64,000 bases of DNA from Chara braunii (taxonomy: Eukaryota > Plantae > Charophyceae): positions 4,272,483 through 4,336,482 of the forward strand of contig BFEA01000012.1 of the NCBI GenBank assembly GCA_003427395.1, read 5' to 3'. The notes under the pieces are model-generated. The model was not told the origin of the DNA and made no database searches. It saw only the letters and a program-made list of their open reading frames with translations. Below are positions 1 through 12,348 of the stretch, one piece after another. The first letter of the stretch is position 1, and every line of letters starts with the position of its first letter. The position numbers and the translations under genes are program-made.

Positions 1-29
1 CGGTCGAGCCGATCAGCTTCCTGAGACCT

Positions 30-1118
30 CCGCACACCGTGTTCACCCCGGTAGGACCGAGTTCGGCTAAGCGAAATCGTTCGAAGAATCGTGGCGCTAA
101 CTTGCCCTGGCGAGCACATTTCTTTACCTGCACTATGTCCCCTAATTTATACTGGGGCCGAGGCCCAGCGTTCCCATTTCGGGCCTCATAACTTCGGACC
201 TGTCGTCCGTGGGCCATTTCGGTCATATGCTGTCTTTTTTCGGGTTAACCGGGGGAGGGATCTTTCCATTAACTCTAAGTGGCGCTGAGCCTTGTCTTTG
301 ATCGTTGCTCTCATGGCTCACCGCACAAGGATCGTCTCGTCATTCAAGCTTGATAGAGCTACGCAGACCAGACTATTGGTCCGTAGATGCAGGCTAGACT
401 ATTGGTCCGTAGTTGAAAAGGGGTCAGACCGGTGGACTCATGGGGTGTCCCTCGGTGGATAGCTAGGATGTGATCTACGATATCGGGCCAAGGCCTTGTA
501 TCACTAACTGCGATATTTTGCCCTAAGGCTGTCTTAATTACCCGGTTCGCATTTTCTACCAGTCCATTCGATTGAGACATATGGGGGGTCGTACTGTGAA
601 TGGAGACGCCATGTACGACTAGGCTCCTTAAGACTTCTCATCGGAATTCTGCCCCGTTGTCCGTTAGGATTTCCTCGGTCTCTTGATCCATTCCGAGGAA
701 ACGATTGACATACCTCACAATTTCCGCCGTCTGTCGCATTTTGTACGGGTAGGCATGGATCCATTTCGAGAAATCATCCATGAATACCAGGAGAACCGAA
801 TATTCGCAGTTATTCGGTCCAAGGGGCACGACAATATCTAAGGGGCACGACAATATCTGTCGTGTCCATGCCAACACTTTGGAACGACCGCTCGACTACA
901 TTAGGCACTATCGACCTAGACGGTTGAATCGGCGCCTTGTGTGCTGCGCAGACCGGACAATTTTTAACGATGAATTTAACATCATCCTGGATGTTAGACC
1001 AATACCACTCATTTTTGTCAATTACGGCCTCCGTGATCCTGACAGCAAAGTGAGTGGCAGTTTCTTCGTGGACCGATTTAACCCAGTCGTATTTCATGAA
1101 CGGATGAGGTACCGACAT
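30..1118 (-). pseudogene. Gypsy integrase relic (HHCC, DDE core, GPY/F-like tail)
   Basis: H-x5-H...CPVC, VGMD, ILTDNGAEF, SNGLVENAN, TPHESTGLTPF and YKLGDIVQVKK...KLAPRFFERFRL. A 19-bp tandem duplication at 821-859 shifts the frame. Confidence 0.9.
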
Positions 1119-1361
1119 TCAAATCCCACTACCGCCAGTCTTTCGTTTTTCCAACCATCCATCGTTCCATCGGTAATCCCGTGCCCTCTCGTTAGCTCGC
1201 CTCCGATCTTCCTTGGTGAATTTCCGGAGGGAGTTCCATACTACCGTGGCTATCAAAATGACATTTGTCCATACTTCCGCCCATTGAAATTTACGTGTTT
1301 TCTCCAACCCTTCGGACGGGGCTTCGAGGAATCGAGCCTCTGTCCCGATTTTATCGGTTCG

Positions 1362-1523
1362 ACACAAAGGACATAACCAGACTTTATCCGCGTTCCTGTA
1401 TTGAATATAGGAGTTATGGGCCTGAGAGACACACTGTTCACAATCTACCCACTCGACATACCCCTCCCCACTATGACGCATGGGAACCGAATAGACTCGT
1501 GATATCGCTTCGCAAAAATAACA
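1362..1523 (-). other. PHD-finger-like domain inside pol, between RNase H and integrase
   Basis: CYFC-x20-WVDCEQC-x4-H-x2-Y-x9-WLCPLC fits the C4HC3 pattern with one Cys (TGT) changed to Tyr (TAT). It is in the same frame as the RH ORF 1620-1871 and the INT ORF 810-1118. Confidence 0.75.
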
Positions 1524-1619
1524 AAATTTGTCAGGCAAGGAGAGAAGAGAAGAAGTTGAGAAGGGAGGAACGGGGTCTCTAGAGTTACCTTCTCCATCCA
1601 TGGCCATCATGTCCACATG

Positions 1620-2149
1620 TCACTTTCTGGACGCTCGGGGGAGAATGGACACTCCATTGTACAGGGGTCCCCTGACTGGCTCCGACTCCTTCCACGGAGT
1701 AATCTCTTTACCTTTAGCCACCTTGCTTAGCCAATGCAGTCGTGTCAACCCGTTTGCGTTTCCGTGCTTTTCCGTCTTCCGATGGATGATGTCGAAGTCA
1801 TATTCCTGTAGTCGGACAACCCACCGCCTAATCATGCCCGCATAGTTAGTGAGCCTCTTGAGAGCCAACAAGGGCTCGTGATCCGTGACGAGGAGGAACT
1901 TTTGTCCGTATAGATACGGATGGAAGTGTTGAATTCCCCAAACGACCGCGTAGCATTCCCCTTGAGGGGCCGAATCATTCCTCCTTTCGTCGAGAACAGT
2001 TCGCGAGGCGTATTCGACGACGTGTTTGCGGCCGTTCTTCCCCTTCTAGGCCAAAATAGTAGAGATTGCCTCAGGCTGCCAGTCTATAATGAGGATGAAT
2101 TGCTTACCCAGATCAGGCCGAATCAAAGTAGGCGCGAAGGCTAGGGCCT
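1620..2149 (-). pseudogene. Gypsy RNase H relic
   Basis: The minus strand reads ...QFILIIDWQPEAI...EYASRT...ECYAVVWGIQHFHPYLYGQKFLLVTDHEPL, then RRWVVRLQEYDFDIIHRKTEKHGNANGLTR. Confidence 0.9.
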
Positions 2150-3111
2150 CCTTTAAGGTGCCAAAGACCTGCTCACATTCCGCGTCCTACTTCAGTGACT
2201 GGTCCTTTCGTAAACGATTTGTAAGAGGTCGAGCGATTGTCGCAAAACCCTTAATAAAATGTCGGTAATACGAAGCCAGCCCCAGGAAGGCTCGAACCTG
2301 CGTCAGTGATGTGGGCGGAGGGGCTTCCCGAACCGCCTAGACTTTTCTCGAATCTGACCTAAAAAAACTCACTCTTTTCCAACGCAATCTTGAATCCATC
2401 ATCCCGCAATGCCCCGAGCGTCCATTCAATGTGTTGAGCATGCTCATGAAACGATTAAGAATACACCAAGATATCGTTCATGTACACAATGACGCAAAAG
2501 TTGATCATTCCCTGGGTTAGTCGGGTCTTGTTGACGAAGTTCTGAAAGGTGATGTTCATCGCTCTCTGAAAGGTAGCCGACACACTGGATATTGCCATAG
2601 GGCAACGAACCCATTGCCACGTGCCTTCGAACAATACGAACGTCGTTTTTGGCCGATCCTCCTCCTTAACCAGGATATGATGGAGCCCATGGCGGATATC
2701 AAACTTACTAAAATATATGGCACACCCAATCGCATCCAACAGATCATCAATTCAGGGGAGGGGGTACGCATCCTTGATCATGATGTCATCCAACTTCCTA
2801 TAATCAATGCATATGCGAATCGACCCATTCTTCTTCGGAACTAGAACTACGGGAAATGACCATGGTCCGCTAGCTGGCTCGATCCAACTGTTAGCTTCGA
2901 ATTCCCTGATTCGTTCTAACGTTGTCTTTCGTTCGGCGAGGAAGTATCGATATGGCTTGCTGTGGATTGGTGGGTGCATTCCGGTTTGGATTTCGTGCTG
3001 AATAACTAACGACAACCCGATATCTGTGTCCTCGACGCTAATCGCCCCTTGATATTTGATTAGGATATTTGCAATTAGTCGATGAGTTTCGTCGGGCACG
3101 TACTGGGGCAC
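2150..3111 (-). pseudogene. Gypsy reverse transcriptase relic
   Basis: PWSFPVVLVPKKNGSIRICIDYRKL...YPLP, YFSKFDIRHGLHHI and VIVYMNDILVYS (catalytic YxDD mutated to YMND). Confidence 0.93.
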
Positions 3112-3562
3112 ATGTAGTTCTTAGAGTTGTCCGTGTATGTTAATCGTCACTTGTTTCGAACCCATTTTACTATCATTCCCCGGCGGAGGGGCTGAGATAA
3201 ATGAGTTGTCCAATCTCCAGGAGAACACCGTGACAACCATCTGGGCGTCTTCTTCCCGGATCACCACGTGTTCTTCTGGTGTTACGTCGTCGTCGATGTC
3301 CTGCAAGCTTACGGGTTTCTTGGCGATCTTGATCCCGAGTTCGTAAGGGTGGTCGCGCCCAGGGGGTTCCAAATTTGTCGCTGTATCTCGAGATAAGCGG
3401 GGTGGTGGCTTCGTATAAGGTTCGAGGGGGTTCCAATGAATCAGCCATTCGAGACACTTGCACGAGTGGTTCCCCTAAGATTAGAGCTCTCGTCCGTTGG
3501 GGATTTCATTCCGTAAGGACGAATGTTCTTGTTGTTTTCTGCCGAACGGGGTAGCGCATCAG

Positions 3563-4342
3563 TTAGTGCACCATATCCTGGATTACGGGGTCTGATTCGT
3601 ACTCGCTGTCAAAAGAGTTACTTGACAACTTCGGTGCCGTTTTCCCTTGGTTTGTTTCCTTCCAGGTGATCACAAGGAGTGGTTCTCCAGTCTCGGGGGG
3701 TATTTTTCGGGTGGTAGGCAGCGTAGTCCAGAGAGTCAAGCGCATTAGGATAACGTATGGTTTTACGCCTGTATCCCGCAGAATGATTGACCGCCTCTCG
3801 AAATCGAGGTTGGCTCTTCGTGCGGTAAGGGTTGGTAATCCTAAAAGAACATCATATGTATTTACATCTAGTACCACAACATCTCCCAACGCGTTAACTT
3901 TCCCTAGTCAAAACGCAACATTTGTCATCCTTCCTACTACCTTGATTTTTTCCTCGTCGGTGGAGACAAGGTGATCTCCTTCTGCCAACGGGATCATATT
4001 CTTTCTTCTTCTTGCCCGTTCCACGACCCTCAAAGAAATGGCTAGGACCGTGGCCCCTGAGTCGATAATAGCATTGTACGGATTTCCCCAAACTTTTATG
4101 TCGCATTCCGTAGATTTCCATGGAATGGCCTTAATGCGCAAAAAATGATAATCTTTTCGGATGACTCCTAACCGTATCGGGTCCGAGGTGCTGGGGACAT
4201 CTGGTTTGTCTTCGTAGGCGGGGGCTTTTCCTTTAATGGCTGCTTGCTTAGTGAGGGCAAACCGTTTCCGGTTTACCTTACAATATTGCAACATTCGTTC
4301 ATTCGCCTGTTCCAATATGGACAACAGGTGTCCGATAGGCAA
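3563..4342 (-). pseudogene. Retropepsin (aspartic protease) relic
   Basis: AIIDSGATVLAIS (DSG motif) in ORF 3908-4342 and VVVLDVNTYDVLLG in ORF 3563-3889, with a frameshift between them. Confidence 0.85.
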
Positions 4343-4683
4343 GGGGATTCGATGATCCAGGACTCATACGATATTCGGGACATCAATTTCTCCCGTAACG
4401 AAACCAGGACCACCCGATTCCATTTATCCTGGGGACAGTCTCCATTCTGCTATTTCCCGTTGCTTGTTTGCTGGGCGGATTGTTCCAATCATTCCCAACC
4501 CTGGGTAGCCCAGCGAGATGTATTGATCGAGTGGGATAAGTTCTGCAGCTTCCTCCGTGGTAGCTATCGCACTCCCCCCCCTTCTATCTCCTTAATCATT
4601 GTGCCCATTCTTCTTGGTCCATTGGCTACGGGTACTGCTGCCACAGGGGCGGCTCCTACCCGGACTTGCGCTGGTCGGTTCGG

Positions 4684-5897
4684 GCAGTCCCGGGCCAGGT
4701 GGCCGGGCTGGTGACACGTGTAACAGACGCCTAGATTAGCTGCCGCACCACTTACAGCCTGAGCGAGGGCGCGCTACTGCTTGTGTTATGGGCGCAAGTC
4801 AGACGGCAATAGGGCGCATCGATCTCATCATGGCTTCTATCCGGGCATTATGCTCACGCTGTTCTTTTCTTGCTTTCTTGCATTAGGCTAACGAGCATTC
4901 AGGTTAGCTCCAGTATGGCGTTTGACTCGCTTGGTTTCGCGGGGGGATCTGGGGAAGGTGTAGGTGTGACCATCACAGACAGTCCCGTGGTTGTGTCCGG
5001 TATCGTTCTCGGGTAAGTAACGGGGTTGGAGGCGAAGGACATGTTTTCAAATTTGTTTTGGAGTATTGCTAGTTCAACCTTCGTTTTGTCCAACTCCGAC
5101 GAGTCCCCTTCCTTGGCGTGGTCTTCCCCTTCTAAGAAACTACCGACAAACTTCTTCTCCATTTCTTCCACAACATCCATGATTTGTTGCATGGTATGAT
5201 TGATGGGGGAAAACTACTTTCGCAGTTTCGCCCTCATCGTTCGACTATGGAGCCCATCGATAAACAAATCTCTTCTGACATTTTTGCCTCTTTCTGACTT
5301 AACAAACAACCTATAAAACCTACTGCGGTATTCGGCGATGGATTCGAGGGGATTCTGGACTCGGTCTTTGATCATGAAGAAAACCTGCTCAGGGTGGATG
5401 TAATCAAACCGGTTTAAGAAGTCCCTTTCGAAGGTCGGAAGATCTACCCAACCGTAAGTAGTGAACCAATGGTGCGCGTCCCCTTCCAATCTGGCAGGGA
5501 TGTTGATCCTGACCTCATCGTTATCGTATTGTTGTGCACCCAGCGTGGCTAACCATGCTCTGGTCAGATGATGTGCAGGGTCAAAGAGGTATAGATCAGG
5601 TAGGGTCGTCGGTGCGCGTGCTCGAGGGGCTAGGGCCCTACCAACATTCGGTGTTGGGTTGGCATTCATATTGGCGGTCGTCCGACCTGTCGATCTACTT
5701 TGGGTTACTATAGGATCACGTCGTGGCGCGTTCCTTTGCCTAGGACGCCCTCTGTTCGCTAGATCATCCCTTATATCCTTCCTGATCGGCAATCTTTGGG
5801 CCTGCCACGTGTCGACTCCGATACCAACCTCACGTCCGGCGCGACTTCCTGATCGGAGTGTGAGTGGGCCTGGAAGTGCGAAAAAGGGGTGTGCCAA
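4684..5897 (-). pseudogene. gag: gag relic with CCHC zinc knuckle
   Basis: ORF 5214-5897 has a retrotransposon-gag-like core (RLEGDAHHWF...FERDFLNRF...QNPLESIAEYRSRF). The minus strand at 4684-4725 reads CYTCHQPGHLARDC. Confidence 0.85.
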
Positions 5898-6346
5898 GGA
5901 TTTTAGGAAAGTGAGGGTGGAGTCTCAGGTCGGAACTGAGATCTCCTGTGGCAAGTTTCAGGGATAGGAATGCAAGAGGATAGGCGCGGGTCGAAGTCCG
6001 CTTCAATGCTTCTGAGCGTGGGGCTACCGCCTCTGTTGCTTCCGTCGTCTGGGTTGGACTCGTATTTAGTGCATCATCGGAACGCTATGGCCATCGCACT
6101 GTCGGATTATTTGTTGGCGTCGTACGTTCCTGGTCTCAAAATCCGACGCGGCCGGCCTCAGCCAAAGTCTGTGTGCCCGTTGTTCTTCCTCCGAGCGGGT
6201 TCACCGGATGAAGCCAGGGGCTCGGTACTCGCGGTCTTGCAAGCACTCCGAGCACGGGGGTTGGGGCCAATACGGAGCGATTGCGCATTGGGGGATGATG
6301 GTCAGCGAATGGAAGGGCAGTATGCGGTGGTAGGGAGGGAAGTCGG

Positions 6347-8510
6347 TGTCAAGCGCATCGGTCCGGCACCTAAAAAAATGGAGCGAGACCCTCCCGGCCA
6401 CCTCACGCAGGAGTTGATATTAATCCTCATCTCGAATACACATGGAGTTTTTCCGCAAGCCGCTCCGGCTGAGTGTGCCAGCCATACCTCTCGCGGGCCC
6501 CTACGACGAGATAGGGCCTACATGAGGCACGACTTACCTCCACCTTACGGGAGTTGTCACCTCCCTTCGATGGGCGTATCCCCGCCGAGCTACCAGTCCA
6601 CAGTACGGAAGCTAATCAGTTGCGATCGCAGAGGTGGACCAACCGAGGGCATTTCTCGTTCGTTGTAGCATAGAGGGTACGCGCGGTTTTACGCCTTTAT
6701 CGGACCCGAATGTGAACCGACGCTTTGGGGGGCCGAGGTCCCAAGTGCGACTCGTCGTCGGTCGACTATGACACATCCCACACACCATGCGTGCACCAGT
6801 CTAAAGAACATAAAAATAAAAAACACACACACATACACATACACATGTAGAACGACACAGAATAAATAACGTGACAACACTCCTAGTCCCTTAGTAGTCA
6901 TCCCATAACTCTCCGATGCGAAAATCGGATAGGCGTTGCGCGCGAGACTTAGTATAAAACCGCGCGGACGTAGGGCTAACTCATATCGACTCGCAATGCC
7001 GGCTTACGCAAGGACTCGTAATGATGACGTACTATGTAGTGACCATAATCGAGCGGTCCCTCATGGATCCGAATACCGTCTATGACACTCAAGTGTCAAA
7101 CTCGAAGTATCGTGAAGGTCTACCCCTTCATGATATTGCACAACTGAAGGAACTGCCGCGCGGCCTCCGCGGCACCTCCGGCCTTTAGGCTGAATGTCCC
7201 GACAGGTAGAGCAAATAGGCTCTGTGCAGGGGGTGATCCCTTCCATGTAGAGTCTAGGACCTGGGATGTCCTGGACAAGGACCTCGAATCCAGGCCCAGG
7301 ACCAACGTTCAACTAAGAAATCTTTAAGAAATACTCAACAATAGAACATTTTTCTTTTCCTTTCTCCATCTCCACCCCAATTAAACCCTTAAGCGTGGGC
7401 CCCTCAGGTCACGCAAACAACTAATATAAGTACATACATATACATATGTAAACGAGGTATAAGTATGTGATGATCACTTCTCACAATCACAGTGAGACTC
7501 CTCACAGCCATATATATGTGTGTGATCGCAGACAATCAAATCCAAAATCCGAACCACAGTACATACCTACAATCCCATCAAAGAGTCGACCAAAAGTCCA
7601 CGCACTACACATAGTCAACTTCAACCAATCTTTATACTCATACCCCTCGCTTTAGCCATGCAAGCCCCAACCTTTGTCAAACCTTCCATAATTAAATACT
7701 AAGTATCTTTGTTAAATGACCATTCAATAAAAGTCCGGCTGAAAACCTTAATAAAACAATAAAAATCACCAGGGCTAAAACCTTTTAGGTTGAGCATTGA
7801 GGATGGATTGGCGTTGAGTCGTAGACCAACGAATCGACAACCGACCTATATCAGTGCTAACAGAAGGTGATCCTTGTAGGATCAAGCTGAATCTAACCCT
7901 CATTTCGAATCAAACGTTTAAGAGGACCTGTAACTCAAGACAGACCAATCCCCAAGCTAAATCTATGATTCCAAATCGATATTAATCTCCATATCAGGAT
8001 TTCACCAAGGATCCAAAATTTGACTAACTCTTTGGTTTTGCAGAAATTTCGGCAGAAGGTCCCTGCCGCTGAGGTTGCCTTTGCGTCGTAGGTCAAATCA
8101 CCCACCAACTCACATGTACGTTGAACCGTGTCTCAAGACGGCCAGGGTCGAGGAATTTTGCCAGCACCCTGAACACGTAGGACTCTGAACGGCCCCCAAA
8201 ACCGGGTGCCGCGCTTGGTCTGAAAAGGATAGACAAAATTGAAATAAACATTCATAACAAAAATAATAATAATAATAACAATAATCACTTAGATAAAGCA
8301 AAACCGCAATGCGAGCGAAGAAAAAAAGGATCGTCTGTACCACCTTGCCCTGCAGGCAAACAAAACTATGTGGAATAGCCCCGTCGGACCCTCAACCCCT
8401 CGGTCCTTCCTACGCCGCCGCTCACTGATCTCAATCCTTGAGTCTTCTGAATGAAAGTCTGACACTGTAACCATTAGTGTCCTGCCCAAGGTTGAGCCTA
8501 ATGCCAGTAG
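6347..8510 (-). mobile_element. Large TGTC..GACA non-coding element, copy D (internally deleted, 5' end missing)
   Basis: The terminus tgtcaagcgcatcggtccggcacc is shared with the other copies. 6347-8060 matches 16695-18550 and 8100-8510 matches the reverse complement of ~11890-12350. Flank is TCGG. Confidence 0.85.
8099..8170 (-). pseudogene. Degenerate 28S (LSU) rRNA fragment in copy D
   Basis: Reverse complement gggtgctggcaaaat...ccgtcttgagacacgg..ttcaacgtacatgtgagttggtggg resembles recalled LSU GGATGCTGGC..AAT...CCCGTCTTGAAACACGGACCAAGGAGTCTAACATGT.TGCGAGT with a ~9-nt deletion. Confidence 0.6.
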
Positions 8511-8839
8511 TGGGTATGGTGGTCCTGACTTAAAGAGGCTGTCAAGACAGTGGTCTAATTAGTACTGGCCTGAGGTGGGCCGAACGAGGGTTGTCAGGCT
8601 GACGGGGGGGCCTGTCACCCCTGGTCAGTGGTGGGCCAAAACCAAGGCAATCAATAACTCTTAGGTGACAAATTGTTTATGTTATTTGTTATTTTATTAT
8701 TGGTCTTTAATTTTACTTATGTTACTTGATTTGATTGCCGCTTGACTATTGCTTGTTAGAGAATTTGCATGTTGGGATCATGCTTGGTGGTTTGTGAAAC
8801 TTGTTGTTTTGCAGGCTCATGCGGATTCATCTTAAGATC

Positions 8840-9015
8840 CCAGACCAGAGAAAAATAGAGGGGTTGGTATCCCCTTTGTTTGTCTAAGAAGTTGAGGACA
8901 CGCCCCACTCAGATCAGAGAAAGAGAATGGGGTTTGGTATCCCCTCCGGTTCCTTGAGAAGTTGAGAAGACGTCTCACTCATACCAACTAATAAGAAAAA
9001 GGGTTTGATATACCT
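8840..9015. repeat. ~70-bp tandem repeat, about 2.5 copies
   Basis: Recurrent ggggtt(t)ggtatcccct...agaagttgag..acg..cactca. Confidence 0.6.
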
Positions 9016-12000
9016 TACTCTTTATACTACTGACAACGAGTGTCTACAAGTCCAGACTGGCAGTATCTCTGAAATCACTATCAGAAGTGGGAGATAATGT
9101 AGCTTCTCCACTATAAAAGCTCAAAGAGGAATCAGATTTCAAGATGACAAGAGGTCAAAGTCAATTGCAGATGAGATAATTGAGATAAAATCGTTCTTAA
9201 ATTTCATTTGGTGGCCGACGGAGTGGTTTGGTTCACAGGGAACCTGCATCCCCAGCCTTAAGGTATTCAAATACTCAAGCCAGGGACGCTATGAAGAATG
9301 ATCTGAAATGAGAAATCAAGAAGAAAAGAAAATCAAAGAATTAAGGGAAAGATGTCATGCTTACACAATAAATAAAAGACGATCATGAATTTGACATGTC
9401 ACAAATCAAAAAGGAAGAAAATACAAAAGAGAGTACAACTATTAAGATGAGACTGAGAGGGGTCAACCTAAGGGATAGAGTAAGATGAGGCAGACAATAA
9501 TGCCCTACTTATCACAGGGGTAGTAGGTGCTTTTGGATTGTATGGAGTGGAGCAAGTGTCGGGAGCGCCATAGCGCGCCCCATATTTCTTAAGATAATAT
9601 TTCAAATTTGTTGGGGATGAAGTTCTTTCGTACCACCCGGGAAAAGAGTGGCGTGGCTGGGCACGTGAGTGTGTCCCATGCCCATACCTATCTTATTCTT
9701 CCTCTTCTGAGTTGATGTGCTTCTGGCACGCGGTGCCGACTCCTCTGGAGCCTTTCCTCCTATTCCGCCTCTTCCTCTTCCCTGTCTCCGACGTGCTTCG
9801 GACATGGTGAAAAGAGAAAAGAGTACGATATAGCAAAAATGAAGATTAAGAGAAAATTGTGAAAGCAGGAAGGATTGCACTATTAAGGAAGAAAGAGGAA
9901 AGCGGCTTCGCAGATCGCGCAATAACACTGCACTATGGGGAAAGAAAGTGTGTTGCTATACACCGGGAAAAGTGTACATTGATTGCCAACGCAAAATAGC
10001 GACGAAAAGCTCCGCTATAAATCGCAGTAGGAATGACTGAATGAATGAACTATCGGTCCTCGTTGTTTTATACTAAACTACCTACTTCTTTTGGCCCAGC
10101 AGGAACGTTGGGCGGGGGTTTGGTATCATGTCAGAGGGCGCGGTGTCATGACCCTCCGCTGCGTACCAGGCGGGTGCTCACGGACCTCCGTTGTTCCCTC
10201 CACTGTGTACCAGAAACTGACTTATGTTTTCCTCTGCATATTAGCTCCCTGCTCACGGGGACATAGTGTGCCAGATCCCTACTTACAGGAACTGCAGCAT
10301 GCCAAATTCGCTTGGATTGCACCGTGCTGCAGGACTGGTTCAGTCGACGCTTCCACTCACAAAAGGGTGGGTGCGCTACTGGACTTTCCATTGGTTCACG
10401 CAGGCTTAGCGCCCTGCTGTACAGCAGAGCACAACCGGCTTGTGGCCGTGGTAGCTGCCAGGCTCACCCACGGACGTGAGAGTGGACGGATCTGCATGAT
10501 CTTTTCAAATACACGCCGAGTTCCTGTAGTCGGGTTATGGGATAAAAAACTAAAAAGGGGAAAAAAAAATATAAAAGGAAAAAAAGTGGAAAATGAGGAA
10601 GTTGAAAAAGAAACACCTAGTTTTGGATCTGTATATGAGCCTGAGCCTTGACAGTGGAGAATGCTGATACGACAACCGCCGTGTTCCTTTTTCGGTTTTT
10701 TCCTTTTGCTAGTTTTCATCTTTCACTTAATTCTTATGAATTTCTCATTCCCCCTCCTACAATCATTTCATGGGGGAACAAACGGTTCAGTTTCAAATTC
10801 TTGGTTATAAATAGGCGGCCTAGACTGCCCGACCTTTGCACTTAGGTCATCGTGATTTAACTGGTGAGGTGCAATTAGTATTGGGCTCAAAACGAGAGCA
10901 CCTGTGGCTGCATCAATAGGGGACTCATCACCCCCATGGAAAGTCATGAGCCCCCCCTTGCCATCGGACACGGGTACCTTTAGGAGAAAGCCTCTTGAGT
11001 CAACTTTGAAGGGAGGGGGGCGCCTGTTGGGATCCCCTTATGGGACTGTCCCGCGCCGACCTCACGCCCTTAGTCTTTTCAAACTGATTTGAGAAGCGGG
11101 CTAGGAATGAAGGTTGAAACCTATTCGAGCAACCGTTGGGGTTTGAGTTTCCCCTCTGTTGATTTTGTTGTCCATCGGAGTTTCAATAACGGATTAATAA
11201 AATTAGGAGAGTCGCTGTAGGTAAAGCCTATTAAAGAAAGGGAAATGTGGCATTGGCTACTGGTCAGTAGGTGTGCACAATCAACTTTGCCTTGCCGGTT
11301 TTGATGGTCTGAAACTGAAGAGGAGTGAGCAGGTGGTAGGCCGTCTGTGTGCGACAGCGTGCCGGGTACCAAACTCAGGCTATTTCGGGAGTGTGCAACT
11401 ATGTCCTTGCACGGTGTCGGTGCTAATACCCTTACAAGGGTATCTGCCCTGTTTTTTTTGCAAGAGACAGAAAATAAGTTTTGTTTAAAGTCTAAGTACA
11501 CCATGCGAGGCACGACTGAGTCTATGGTCTACGCTGACTGAATGGTTGACAAGAGCAGAGACTCAGAGAGTGTATGGGCGCGTAGACTTAAGGCGCGTGT
11601 GATCTGTTTTGTCTTTGATGATTGTGAAAGTCGGCATAGTCGCCGACCAGAATTTTGATTTATGATTAAAGCAGGATTGAAAAGATTTTGCCTCGTGATT
11701 GGTGTACTTGACGGTGACTTGTGCGTACGTACGAAGGATGATGTCGACGGCGGCATGGTTCGGTATAGTCGCGAGGTGGACGCGAAAGGTTAACGGTCGT
11801 GAGTTCTGTTGATAGGCCGATCTGAGGGTTTGAAACGTTTCGGTAGATCTGCGTGTTGTGCACTGGCAGTATCCATTTATTTAGGTTGCTTTTAATAGTA
11901 GACCCAGCCTTGGACCTAGTACTATTGGTTACGATGTTGGACTCTCATATGAGAGATTCTGGGATCGAGATCGAGAGGCGACGACGTGGGATATCAGAAT

Positions 12001-12280
12001 GGCACGGAGAGACCGAAAGGTTGAAGGCCAAACGGGGCTCTCCCCGTTGGTTTCGTCGTCGACAGAGTTAGAACAATGCTAACATTCTCTTTTTCCTCGG
12101 CCGTCATATTCTGACGATTAAAAAGTTCTAAATACTTTTATTATTTATTGTGTTATTATTATTATTTTGCTCCGGCGCTCCTTGACTTAGGCGCGACGCT
12201 GGATTTGGAGGTCGTTGCGACGGTCGAGGGCCTTGAGCACGAGCCTCTCTTTCGTTGACCTTCGGGTTTCTGCGTGTTCG

Positions 12281-12348
12281 GGATGCTCGCAAAATTCACT
12301 TATTCCCCCGTCTTGAAGCGTGGACCGAGGAGTTCAGCGTGCATGCGA
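12281..12348 (+). pseudogene. Degenerate 28S (LSU) rRNA fragment in copy A
   Basis: cccgtcttgaagcgtggaccgaggagt versus conserved LSU CCCGTCTTGAAACACGGACCAAGGAGT is 23/27, all differences transitions. The flanks ggatgctcgcaaaat and tgcatgcga also fit. Confidence 0.7.

Larger units (their letters stand above)
1..5897 (-). mobile_element. Degenerate Ty3/Gypsy LTR-retrotransposon internal region (gag-PR-RT-RH-PHD-INT), runs off the left edge
   Basis: Minus-strand peptide fragments occur in Gypsy order, broken by stops and frameshifts. No LTR or PBS was identified. Confidence 0.93.

Noticed and set aside
5970-6668. 232-aa ORF and similar ORFs at 45632-45856 and 46420-47076
   Set aside because: They lie in or run across the element's terminal region, the frames are not kept open between copies and no domain is recognisable.
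5898-8510. Copy D as the 5' LTR of the left Gypsy
   Set aside because: No TGG-type PBS follows its CA end, and the flank fits the NCGN target pattern, so an independent insertion is more likely. It is not fully excluded.
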